A stretch of DNA of 51,236 nt, filler included, from Stramenopiles sp. TOSAG23-2 (lineage: Eukaryota), in the NCBI GenBank assembly GCA_900128395.1. It is 2 parts of 2 records of this genome, joined end to end, with 100 filler letters (N's around TTAATTAATTAA, not from the genome) between each part and the next. Parts side by side here need not be neighbours in the genome. Positions count along the whole stretch, not along the records: positions 25,696 to 51,236 come from LT649453.1; 1 more part is not named here. One strand, given 5' to 3'. A program made the translations under genes and the position numbers. Shown piece by piece: positions 32,945 to 44,200 of this stretch. Position 1 is the stretch's first letter, and each line of letters opens with the position of its first letter. The notes under the pieces were generated by a model. The model was not told the DNA's origin and searched no databases. It saw nothing but the letters and a program-made list of their open reading frames with translations.

Positions 32945-33910
32945 ATGTTAATAGCAAAACAAAATCGTGGTCCGCCAGTGTGTCTTCGTGCATTGTACAT
33001 TCTGCCTGTATGCGCTGTATTATTTGCATATGTATTGTTCATTGGTGCCTTTATTGGTGGATTTGTTGCAACACGCATTATATACCATCATGAAATTCCA
33101 AAAAGTAAAACATTATTTTTTGATTATTTCATTGCATTTATATTTGGAATGTCTGCAACGTTATCTTTAGTATCTTATCTAAAATGTGTATTTACAAATC
33201 CTGGAACATCAAGATGTAGTGGTGCATTCTCATATACTATTGTTCAATTAGAAAATGCAGAAGAAGGTCAAAATATGCCAAACATGCCGTCTTTTACCGA
33301 CGATAATGATGAGAATGAAGATGAACAACCAATGATTGGAAATGATAATAATGATAATACTATTATTATTGAAAATGAAAAGAAAAAAAAACAACAACAA
33401 AATAATAATAATATATGTAAAAAATGTAATTTAGAGAAACCAATACGTAGTCACCATTGTGCCATTTGTAATTATTGCGTTTTGGAGATGGATCATCATT
33501 GTCCATGGACAGGTAATTGTATTGGAAAATATAATTACAAATATTTTTTTCTATTCGTTATGTATGGGGCCATTGCATGTATCATAAATTCAATTGTTTC
33601 TGTACCTCAATCATCATTATATGCAATTGGTTATACATTTTCAACTGTAAATATGATAAATTTCATATCAATATTATCAATTGGAATTTCATTTTCATTA
33701 TCAATATTTGTTTGTATGCACAGTATATTAATATGTTTAAATACAACAACTATAGAAATACATATATATAATTGTAAGCGATTTCCATTTCGATTACATA
33801 CAATAGTTGAAAATATTAAAGTTAAATTTGGTGCAAATATATGTATATGGTTTTTGCCAATCAGTCCACATTCAGATAAAAAAGAAGGCAAGTGTTGTGT
33901 ACCAATATGA
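32945..33910 (+). CDS. DHHC palmitoyl acyltransferase
   Basis: CKKCNLEKPIRSHHCAICNYCVLEMDHHCPWTGNCIGKYNYKYF; NPG and TTIE motifs; four TM segments. Confidence 0.97.
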   Translation: MLIAKQNRGPPVCLRALYILPVCAVLFAYVLFIGAFIGGFVATRIIYHHEIPKSKTLFFDYFIAFIFGMSATLSLVSYLKCVFTNPGTSRCSGAFSYTIVQLENAEEGQNMPNMPSFTDDNDENEDEQPMIGNDNNDNTIIIENEKKKKQQQNNNNICKKCNLEKPIRSHHCAICNYCVLEMDHHCPWTGNCIGKYNYKYFFLFVMYGAIACIINSIVSVPQSSLYAIGYTFSTVNMINFISILSIGISFSLSIFVCMHSILICLNTTTIEIHIYNCKRFPFRLHTIVENIKVKFGANICIWFLPISPHSDKKEGKCCVPI

Positions 33911-34476
33911 TGATGGAGATGAAGGGTTTGGGGTTTGGGGTGTGTGTTGTTAATTGTAACATAAAAATACGAACCAAGAAGTATATTCTTGTATAAAAAA
34001 ACATTAAAAAAATACTTTTAAATAAAATAACCTGCTGTCTTAAATGTTACGCGCACATTTATGTTATGTATTTTATGAGATAGATTATTTCAATTATTGT
34101 ATCATATATTCTTTTGAAGAGTATCATATCATATCATATCATATCATATCATAGGAATTATTATGATATGAGTAAATTAAAAAATAAATTATGCGTAAAC
34201 TTAAAAATTTATGTGATATGAAAAGACACACACACATATATCGTACAAATAATAATCTTTATCTTGTACGAGTAATTTTATCTTTTTACCAACATTAATA
34301 ATACGAACTTCATACGCGCGTGTTTTTTTTTTCCCGTTTGTTATTCTCTCTCTCTCTCTAAATTATTATTTTATTTTATATTTAAAATATAAAATAAAAT
34401 AAAATTTGTGTAATAAAATTTACAAAAAGCGTTGATACATTTTGTATGATGTATATCTAACTTTCAATTTGCAATT

Positions 34477-35553
34477 TTAAACAGCATCAGCCACCGTTGG
34501 TGGATGCATAATCATTGGCCTTCCTTCTTTCATCGATTTAATATAAAAATAAAAGTAATCACCCATCAATAAAAGTTGCAATACTTGAGATGCAACGACG
34601 AAATGACCTACATGTTCACCACCTGGACTAGAATTAAACTTATCATTTAATTCATGGTAGGATGATATCCAAAACACTAATTGGAAGAAACGTGCAAGTC
34701 CTAACGCTGCAACTACGTGCGAGGTCCATTCATCCACTACACCAGCCTTTGACATGAACATGACAATTTGTGGTAAAATAGCAACTGATTCCAAACACAA
34801 TGCCCATGTCCATGCCGTATCTGTTAACATGTTGGAATTTAATGATGGATGAAATATCAAGGAAAGCAAAAAAGTTGGTACTAATGCATATATTGCACCC
34901 AACTCCGATGGTACACCCCACCAACTACCAAATTTATCATGTTGTTTCTCATACGTATGTTTGTATGGCCCTACTATAAGGAATGCGCATGTAAGCGTCG
35001 CAACCAATGATATCACTTCAAATGCTTGGTAAATAAAATCACCACTACGATCGAATGGTAAGTACCCTTCATAAAATAAGATGGAACTCAAACGAAAGCA
35101 GAAAACGCATATGTAGCATTGTAAGAATTTAAACGATACACCACTGATAGATCGCTTAGCAAATAGAAAATATGCCAATATCATGAATGCAAACATGCGT
35201 ACCATAGAACCTAATGTAAGTAAAAAGGAAAAGTCCCCATCACTAAACATGTGATATACGAATAGTACTACTAATGCCATAGCACACCACATAACTAAGT
35301 TTTTTTGATTCCTTCTTATCCATGATTTTACTTTTTCTGCCTCGTTTACAGTACGTGTCCTTCGTGTTTTTGATGGATCCCCACTTGCATTTTGATCGTA
35401 TGGTGTGCGCCCTGGGCTAGATGGCGGTTGTTGTTGTTGCATTGGCGTCTGACCACCATACATATTATTATTCATCCCAGGTTGTGCATTATATGGTGAA
35501 TTTGGTGGACCACCATGTTGCATACGTCTTTGTGCAAACGCTGAATTACTCAT
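34477..35553 (-). CDS. ER lumen protein-retaining receptor family (ERD2-related, N-terminally extended)
   Basis: SISGVSFK, TYEKQHDKF, LESVAILPQ and DYFYFY motifs; extra N-terminal TM and Q/P-rich extension. Confidence 0.92.
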   Translation of the reverse strand: MSNSAFAQRRMQHGGPPNSPYNAQPGMNNNMYGGQTPMQQQQPPSSPGRTPYDQNASGDPSKTRRTRTVNEAEKVKSWIRRNQKNLVMWCAMALVVLFVYHMFSDGDFSFLLTLGSMVRMFAFMILAYFLFAKRSISGVSFKFLQCYICVFCFRLSSILFYEGYLPFDRSGDFIYQAFEVISLVATLTCAFLIVGPYKHTYEKQHDKFGSWWGVPSELGAIYALVPTFLLSLIFHPSLNSNMLTDTAWTWALCLESVAILPQIVMFMSKAGVVDEWTSHVVAALGLARFFQLVFWISSYHELNDKFNSSPGGEHVGHFVVASQVLQLLLMGDYFYFYIKSMKEGRPMIMHPPTVADAV

Positions 35554-36171
35554 TTTATTATTATTATTATTATTATTATTATATTCTTGTACTGTGTATA
35601 ATATATATATATAATATAATGTATATAATTTATAATGAAGAACTAGTCAAAACTAATAAAAAAAAATGAAAAACAACACGATAAAAACGAAACAAACAAG
35701 AAGAGTATTTATTATACGTAATATGTATATCTATCTACCTCCTAAGATACGTACGTCAATATATAATTGCTCTATTATACTTTTTCCAATTGATACGTTG
35801 CATTCTACCATTGCCTATCTATCTATGTATATATATATTCCCCTACATTTTAGGACTCACCCCATTTATGAGGTGAAAATATCCATTTAATACCTGTATG
35901 GATAAAGTATAATAAGATGATAATACCATTATATAAACATTCTCACATACGGATATAATATTGTAAAATTTCCATGCAAAATGAATAAATGAAAACAGAA
36001 CGTCTCAATAATTATTAAGGTATATTGTATAATGATACATAATAAATATCACTATTATTAATATCTTAATATTAAACATTAATATAATATATTATCCTTA
36101 AAAATAAATAAAGATGGACAGTTGAATCCTCCAAGCGGAGGAAAATCGGTGGTGTAGGCATTGCTACCTGG

Positions 36172-36408
36172 TACCCTCTAAAACATGCAAAAAATGTACA
36201 AAACATGCAAAAAATGTACACTTAACACTGTTCACTATGGGGGAAATATTCATCATTTTTTCTATATTTTCGGATATTTGCTATTTTTTCCAAATATATG
36301 AAAAATAAAATTGGTATTTTAGAAAACGATATTTACATATTTCCCATAGTGAATAGTGTTATTTTGTTATTTTGTTAAGTGTACATTTTTTGCATGTTTT
36401 AGAGGGTA
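36172..36408. mobile_element. MITE-like fold-back element
   Basis: taccctctaaaacatgcaaaaaatgtaca at the left is the exact reverse complement of the right end; inner arms cttaaca and ttcactatggg/cccatagtgaa; TA at both ends; no ORF. Confidence 0.85.
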
Positions 36409-37301
36409 GCACTGCGTAAGGGGGGGCGTACTTGAATTTGGTATATAAATACCCCAATAAAATTCCTGTTAGCTAATGGTATTCTTATGTATTGTGTAAT
36501 GGTATAATCTGCTTATTGTTTTGTAAATGAAAACCATGAACAATTCAGCACAGAATACTATGTGGCAACTAATATTGGTGGAAAATATGTTGGAATTTAT
36601 AATAAGAAAAATAAATACAATCTTTTACGGATGGATAAAAAGGAGGTATTCTATGAGCATAGAATTGTTAATTTGTACCGGATTAAAAATAATTATGTAA
36701 TTAAATAATAAATATTTATTGGAAATACTGATATAAAATCATCTTATTAGGTATATGTTTTAGTCGTCTTCTTCAATATATTCCGTGCAAAAAAACTTCA
36801 TGAGAGGAGATGAGGCGGAGAGAGTGCCAAAGGATTTAGATGCTATGATGCTGTGTCATGCTAATGCTGTCGGCTGCCAATATTATGCTGTGTGGTCTTA
36901 ATAAGAATTAGAAATAATCTAACCAGCTATAATACTGTAAATCATCAATTTTTGGAAAATAATAAAAAAGCACAAAACCTTCTTCTTACTTCTTTCCAGA
37001 ATTTATGTATAAGGTATGTATATTATATAATAGCATAGTAATAATATTGTACCTACTCTAAATAAACAACTTAAACTTGCTTCTTGAAGAAAAAGGAGAT
37101 AATTATTAATAAATAAATAACACACACAACAATTATTTATAGGAATATATATTAATATCTTTAATAAGAGAGGTAGTAAGAGATATATCCTTTGTAGATA
37201 TAGATAGATATATATATATAGATTGATAAACAACAATCGTGAAGAAAAGAATTATATAGAATAACGTTTATATTACATATATTATTATATAAACCATACC
37301 G

Positions 37302-40300
37302 ATGACGGAACATATCGTATTAGGGGAACGTTTGGAAATATTATCTACAGCAAATGAAGGTAGAGCATGGTCAACTATTAAAGAAAAACGTGGGATATTT
37401 GCTGGGGACCAACATCATTTGGATACAAAAGATTATCATGATTTAATTTTAAGCGATTTAATATGCTTTAAAGGTAGCCAAGGCGAGCAAACCGATGGAA
37501 GTGATGATTATGATGACGTAGTGCGATTTAGTAAAGATTATACGATACGTGCATTAACAACAAGTAAAGCAGGTGGACGTTTTTTAACTACAAATGGTAG
37601 CAATGCCGTATATAGTATATCCAATGCCGATGTTACTCTTGAACGTGGTTTTAATAAAACATGTTTATTTAAAATTAGAGCAGTGAATGAATCCAGCAGA
37701 GGTATTTCAACGCAATCGATGTTTGCAGAGGAAGTATACCCAAATGTTAAAGTAGTTTTTGAAAGTACTTCGAGTCCAGGCAAATTTATATGTATTAATT
37801 CTGGAAAAACACAAATTAGTATGGAAGGTATTTCAGAACGATGTGTATTTACTATTAGAAGAGCAAATTTAAAAAAATATTTAAAAGATTCTGATGAAAC
37901 TGCTGGTAAAGTAAGGGATGGGATATGCTTTGAATGTCAAAAAAAAATTGGAAGTAATTGGGTGGCACGTAGTAAAACGGAACATTATGTCGATTCATCC
38001 GGTAAAACACCATTAGGTACAATGGATACGTTAGATGGATTAGGTACATGGCGTGTGGAACAACGAGATGGTTGTGATTTACAAGGATGGGATTATGGCG
38101 CTGGAAGATGGGAACATTTCTTGGATAAGAAAAGGAGACCATTTCAATACACTGGGAAAGAAACAACACGTTGTAGAAAATGGGTTCATACAAATAGTAG
38201 ATACTATTCAGATTCTACTGGCGTTGGTGGCGAAAACGATGATGGTAAAGGCAATGGCAGAAGATCAACATTTGCAACAGGTGCAGGTGAATTAGGCAGA
38301 TTATCTTTTATACCTGATGTACATGAAGCTATGAAACAAGCTGCAGTGAATACTATTTTAGAAGAAGATATCTTAAATGATAGTGATTTAAATGATGGTA
38401 GTATAATGAATGAAGAAGGCGGGGATAATAGTGTACCAGGTACTCCAACAAGAAGTAGTCGAAAAGGAAAATCTGATGGGACTTCTCCACAACGTGGTTC
38501 TACTACAATGACACCGAAAAAATCTTTTTCTGGAGATTCACCATTTGGCTTTGATGAAAAAGAATTACTTATGCGTGATAATTCCGATAAAGCTTTATGG
38601 TCAATGAGTGAAACAATTGAAACATCCGATTCATGGTCCGGGGAAGTATGGATACGTAGTAAATGGATTACAAATGATGATGATACGAATATACAAGATG
38701 GTGCAGTTATGAATAAAATATGTGCTAAAAGCAACACGCCAATAACAAGTGATGATAGTAATAATAATATGGAGGAAGATAATAACGATAATGGGGATAG
38801 CAGTGATAACAATAATGATGATGAAAAAAAAGAAGATTCAAATAATAATAATAACAATAATAACAACAACAATCAAAATGTAGCTGATGCAAAAGTAAAA
38901 GTAACATTCACCATACTTGGTAAAGAGAAACAAGCGAAAATTATCTTAAACAATAGTAATGGTGATAGTGATGATGAGCAACAAAAAGAAATTATTCTAG
39001 ATTTAAATCATTTAACTTTGGTAAAAGTAATCAAAGATGAAAAAATGGCACATGATTCTCTAGCTTTAGCTGAAAAAAGCGAATGGATTTCGCGATCAGG
39101 AAGGTTGGAAGCGCAAGTAGCAGCGCTAAAAGAGAAAAGAAAAGGCCTAACAAAATTAGAACAACAACCGGTGACAAAGAAAATAAATCAACTATTGATG
39201 AGACGTTTAGCATATAAAGATCAAGCATTAGGTAGACCAGAAGCAGAAGGATGGCTGAAATTGCAATTTGCAGTTGATGATGGTAAAAATATATGTGAAT
39301 GGGTTATATCACCAATTGAACCTGTAAGTTCCTTTGTATATGGTGTGCAAGAGGGCAATGGTTATATTCAAGGTAAACGTGACAATTATAGAAATCAATT
39401 TGAAATATGCAGGCAAGTCTTGGTTGATAATTTATCAAGTGATATTAGTAAAGAAATGGATGCAGAATTTGTTCAATCCATTGCAAAATTATGTACAGAT
39501 TTAGCAGGCATGACAGCATATCAAGCTAAAAATTGTGCTAGAGATGCTACGATGCAAGCAAAGCAAGCATCAGCAGATGCTTTGGAACGTGAGAAAAAAT
39601 TAGCAGCATACCAAAAAGAACAAATGGAATTGCTAGAAGCAACGGATGATAAAATATTTGATGTAATTAATAATAATAAGACGACGCCGTTTGTTAATGC
39701 ATGTGATGAATGGTTGGTGGATATTGATAATACAGAAAAAATATCGTTAGATGCTGCAAAAGAAGGTTTGGAGATTTTAGAAGGACAGACGGGGAAATTA
39801 GAACATGTATTAGATACAATGAAAAAATCTGCTGAAATGCAAGCGTTGTTAACATTGCAATATGCAGTTCCATTAATTCCTGGGAATTACAAAGATTGGC
39901 CATGGAAAGGTTCAAGAGAATGGCGAGATAAATTGGAAAGAGGTGAAGCATCTGGTTTAGACAAAATGATTGATGGGTTGGAGAAAAAAGCGAAGAAAGA
40001 AGCTGGTATACCTGTCATTTCTAACCCGTTAGAAATTTCATCTGGAAAGGATGATAGTGAAAATAAAGATACTAGTGGAGCATCATCATCAACAGTAAAT
40101 GTGAAAAAAGAAGAACAAGCAAAAGACGCGACAAAAACAGATGATGACAATTACAAAGAAGCGCATGAAGCTGAAATTGCAGAGGAGACAACTACTTTAT
40201 TGCATGGATTTGCAAGGCAACCTGAAGAATGGGAAAATCATAAATCCATTTGCGTTTGCATTTGTTGGTTATTGTGTATAAATATTATTTTATTTGCAAT

Positions 40301-40328
40301 ATATAATATTGTGCCGTCGCCAGCATAA
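37302..40328 (+). CDS. Tail-anchored 1008-aa protein with a DysF (dysferlin/Pex30-type)-like domain and coiled coils
   Basis: WRVEQRDGCDLQGWDYG...TRCRKWV fits the DysF consensus; beta-rich N-terminal region (fascin/beta-trefoil-like, tentative); single C-terminal Cys-rich TM. Confidence 0.75.
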   Translation: MTEHIVLGERLEILSTANEGRAWSTIKEKRGIFAGDQHHLDTKDYHDLILSDLICFKGSQGEQTDGSDDYDDVVRFSKDYTIRALTTSKAGGRFLTTNGSNAVYSISNADVTLERGFNKTCLFKIRAVNESSRGISTQSMFAEEVYPNVKVVFESTSSPGKFICINSGKTQISMEGISERCVFTIRRANLKKYLKDSDETAGKVRDGICFECQKKIGSNWVARSKTEHYVDSSGKTPLGTMDTLDGLGTWRVEQRDGCDLQGWDYGAGRWEHFLDKKRRPFQYTGKETTRCRKWVHTNSRYYSDSTGVGGENDDGKGNGRRSTFATGAGELGRLSFIPDVHEAMKQAAVNTILEEDILNDSDLNDGSIMNEEGGDNSVPGTPTRSSRKGKSDGTSPQRGSTTMTPKKSFSGDSPFGFDEKELLMRDNSDKALWSMSETIETSDSWSGEVWIRSKWITNDDDTNIQDGAVMNKICAKSNTPITSDDSNNNMEEDNNDNGDSSDNNNDDEKKEDSNNNNNNNNNNNQNVADAKVKVTFTILGKEKQAKIILNNSNGDSDDEQQKEIILDLNHLTLVKVIKDEKMAHDSLALAEKSEWISRSGRLEAQVAALKEKRKGLTKLEQQPVTKKINQLLMRRLAYKDQALGRPEAEGWLKLQFAVDDGKNICEWVISPIEPVSSFVYGVQEGNGYIQGKRDNYRNQFEICRQVLVDNLSSDISKEMDAEFVQSIAKLCTDLAGMTAYQAKNCARDATMQAKQASADALEREKKLAAYQKEQMELLEATDDKIFDVINNNKTTPFVNACDEWLVDIDNTEKISLDAAKEGLEILEGQTGKLEHVLDTMKKSAEMQALLTLQYAVPLIPGNYKDWPWKGSREWRDKLERGEASGLDKMIDGLEKKAKKEAGIPVISNPLEISSGKDDSENKDTSGASSSTVNVKKEEQAKDATKTDDDNYKEAHEAEIAEETTTLLHGFARQPEEWENHKSICVCICWLLCINIILFAIYNIVPSPA

Positions 40329-41221
40329 ATAATTTAATATGATAAGGTATACCAGGTGTGTGTGTGTGTGTGTGTGTTTGTTTATTGTTTTTTAATGTCC
40401 AAAATATAGTGTGTGTGTGTATTTGTACGATTCGTATACTAATACATTTTATTTTTGTAAACAACTTTTTTATTATTATTTTGTGGTATTATAAATTTAA
40501 GGAAACAGTCAAATTAGGCACTCAAAATGGATCACTTTTCTCGTCATTAGCTTTTAGGTACTACTTGCCTACTGGAAAGAGAGTTTTGGAACTTGTTTTT
40601 TGTTCCCTTAAACAAATAGCAGACACACAGCAGCAATCCCTAATAGCGGGGCACAGCATTACGGGTTTCTGTTTTGATAGCGTTAGAGACTTAGACTAAT
40701 ACAAAGTACAAACAAACAAAAAAACAACATAGTGCTGTGACGGCCTAAATAACATGACCCCTTTAAATTCCCTATCAAATCATTTTCAATGAACTAATTA
40801 AAAATTGAATTATATTTATCTTAATTTACTTGTTCAGATGGTAGTCTAATAATCGTACTTCAACACGTAGTTTCACCTAACTTTTCTCTCGGTGGGATCT
40901 CTAATGCTGTTCAGCTGCTCTGAATAATCCAGGCTTTTAATTGGGCCTTTGCCCTTTGACGGTTGGTTGGAATATTTTTATTTATTTATTTTATTGAGAT
41001 GGAATTTTTAAATATTGAGAGAGAGGGGAATTGCGTATGTGTGTGTGTGTGTGTGAATATATATAGTATATATTACATATTATCAACTGGATAGAATATT
41101 ATTCGTGTAAGTAAATATACAGGCCACGTCTTTCTATACATATACAGCGATATATTATTTTTTTGTTGATTTTTTTCTTTTTTTTTTTCTTTTTTTTTGA
41201 TTATCATAATAAAAGAAGAAT

Positions 41222-44200
41222 ATGATGGAAAATAACCGTGATAATAATAATAATAATAAATACTCCTTCGCGTCGTCGTTATCTTTCTCGTATCGTCGTC
41301 GTATTATTTATAACCATATAAACATGTTTGTTGTCATTGTTTTATATTTTTTCACTAGCAACGTCATACAATCAACAAATGCTTTACAATGCCCACCACC
41401 TAGTTGGTTACCTAGTAGTGAAGCTGGATGTCCATGCAAATGTAATGGTATATTACCAGGTGCTTGTGTATTGCCATGTGCTTCTTCTTTTTCATTGTGT
41501 TTACCTAGTTGGAAATCGTCTGTATGTAGAAAACAAGTAACCGTTACCGTATCTAATTTGCCACAAACATCGACATATGAGGGTGGCATGAGGTACATTT
41601 TTGGACATACTCCATATCAACCATTAGAAACATACCAAGATGAGCAACGAAAATATCAGAATTACGACACCTATACAGGTGGTGTTGTACAATTTGATCT
41701 GCAACGTAAAACTGAAGTAGAAACGTATCCAGGTGGTGTCGTAGAATTCGATCAATATGACCATACAAATGCATGGCATCCGTTACAAATTATTGATGAA
41801 GATGGCACTGTCATACAAACATCTACTGGGACATCCCAACGTCCAGCAACGTTGGTTTTTGAAGCAACACAAAGTCAAGCTGGGAAAACATTTTATTTTA
41901 AAGATGCATTGCATGGGCCAAGTCTTGCCTCTGGTTTAAGTTTAAAAGTAATAGCACCTTCCGTTGAAAATTTATTATCGATTCCAACTGATGTAACGAC
42001 AAGGGTTCATCAAATTTCAACTGGTGTTCCACTTGTAGCAAATAAAACACAAATTACAAGTATGTTAGGTGAAGAGACGAATACAACTATATGTATTCCA
42101 GGCATTATACCAAACCGTACGGAAAATAATTATTGTATGAGTAGTGCAGTTGTAGTAACAACTGTTATTGAAGAAAAGGAAACAATATTTCAATCAACTG
42201 CATGTGGTTTAGATGGTCAATTTCAACAACATAAATTAGCAATACCGCATAATCCAGATAGACATGCAACGGCAGGTTTAGTAAAAGATGGCAGTCCAAT
42301 TGGAATGCTCGTAGATGGGGCGTTCCTATTTAGTAGTACTTCCAATAATAATAATAATTTAATATATCAACAACAAATACGAACAAATACAAATAATTGT
42401 TCCATAAATATAGATCAACATGGAAGACAATTTTATAATGAAATTCCATTATGCCTTTTAAAACGTTTAGGTGGCACAGTTCCACCAGAAAATACATGGA
42501 GTCGGAGTGTAAATATCACCGCAAATGAAATACATGAATGGGTCCGAGTATGGCCGTCAAAGGGTGACCCATCGCCTTTATTAGGATATGCAATTGATGG
42601 TTTTCCAATTTATGGACCATATACGGAAGATGGTGAATTACTTAGTTGGGGTGGATCTTTTCCGTCAACGGATCATCCATGGTATGATGTAAAGTCCAAA
42701 TTAGATGCTTGCAATGGTAGAACGCGCAAAGATGGCACGTATGCATATCATTTAACACCATCGCCACCATATACAATCGGTTGCCTTCGTGAAAAACCAC
42801 ATGGTACATCAACATCTATCAATTTAGATATTCCATGCACAAATATTATTACACCAAAAACGAATGTTAATATTAATGGAAGTGCAATTATAAGTAACAA
42901 TAATACGGGTACAAATAACAATAATACAACACCCGATACAAAGCAACCAGAAGTATTTGTACAACCACCGCATAAAATTCCATCAAAGGAAGCATTAGAA
43001 GTTGCAATTGAATCTGCACCAACTGATATTAAGCCTTTATTGGATAATAAAGAAAATGTATCATCCACGTTTTGCTCCAATACAATACACGCAGACTCAT
43101 TATGCCTCTGTTACAAAGTAGATACAAATAGATATTGTGCTGGGTTTTGTAGTACATCATATTCAGGATATATTGGTACACAATCAGATGGGTATGATGG
43201 GACTGTTGAAGTTACAGGATGGACATGTTTCTTTTCCAGAAAAGCATATGTTGCACCGACGAAATTAGAATACTCTTGCCTTGATCAAAAAAGTGAAGTA
43301 AATATAATTCAATCTGATGATTCGAATAAATATTTTACATTTAACAATTTAAAAACGTATAGCTCAACAATGAAATATACCATTGGATTAGGTATCACAA
43401 CCTTTACGAATATACCAATGCAACATCCAATTGCTATTTTAAATGCTGGAGTAGAAAATCAAATCTCCTACATTGGCAATGATGGATCAAGCTCTGTACA
43501 AACTGTAAATGGTCATGAATATAAGTTTTATTATGGCGATGTTAATATTACAGTAAATGGTAATTTCAATGAAATATCATATTATTGTGCAAACCATGGT
43601 TACATGGGTGGTGAAAATAATTTAAAATATTCGGATGCATGTATGAAATATGAATGCCTGAACGAGGCATCGAGTGTTTCCATTCAAAATCAAAATGGTA
43701 ATAAATTTGCCTTTAATAATCATGTAGATTTTTTGTCTAGTCGGCGTTATCGTGTAGGTTTAGGTACGATTACATTGGTCAATGTACCTGCATATCATCC
43801 AATAGCGATTTTAAATGAAGGTAAAACAAATTTAATACAATATAGCGGTATTGATTTTGGTGCGCAAAAAATCGTTAAAGAGCATTTGTATAAATTTTAT
43901 TATGGTAATGTAACGATTACGATAAATGGCGATTTTGGTGTGGTTGATTATTATTGTTATCAACATGGATATATGGGTGGAGAACAAGGTTTAGAATTTT
44001 CGTCCGGTTGTCCTACATATGGCAATGTCAATAATAATAGCAACAACAACAAGAACGCCCAATCATCATCTGGAACAACCACAGCAGCAGTAGAACAGCC
44101 GAAGGAACAAGCACCAGGGGGAAATAATAAACTATCACCATCCAGTTCATGCAGTGGTATATGTGGTGACTTTTTAGAGTCGAAATATCAAGAGTTTTCA

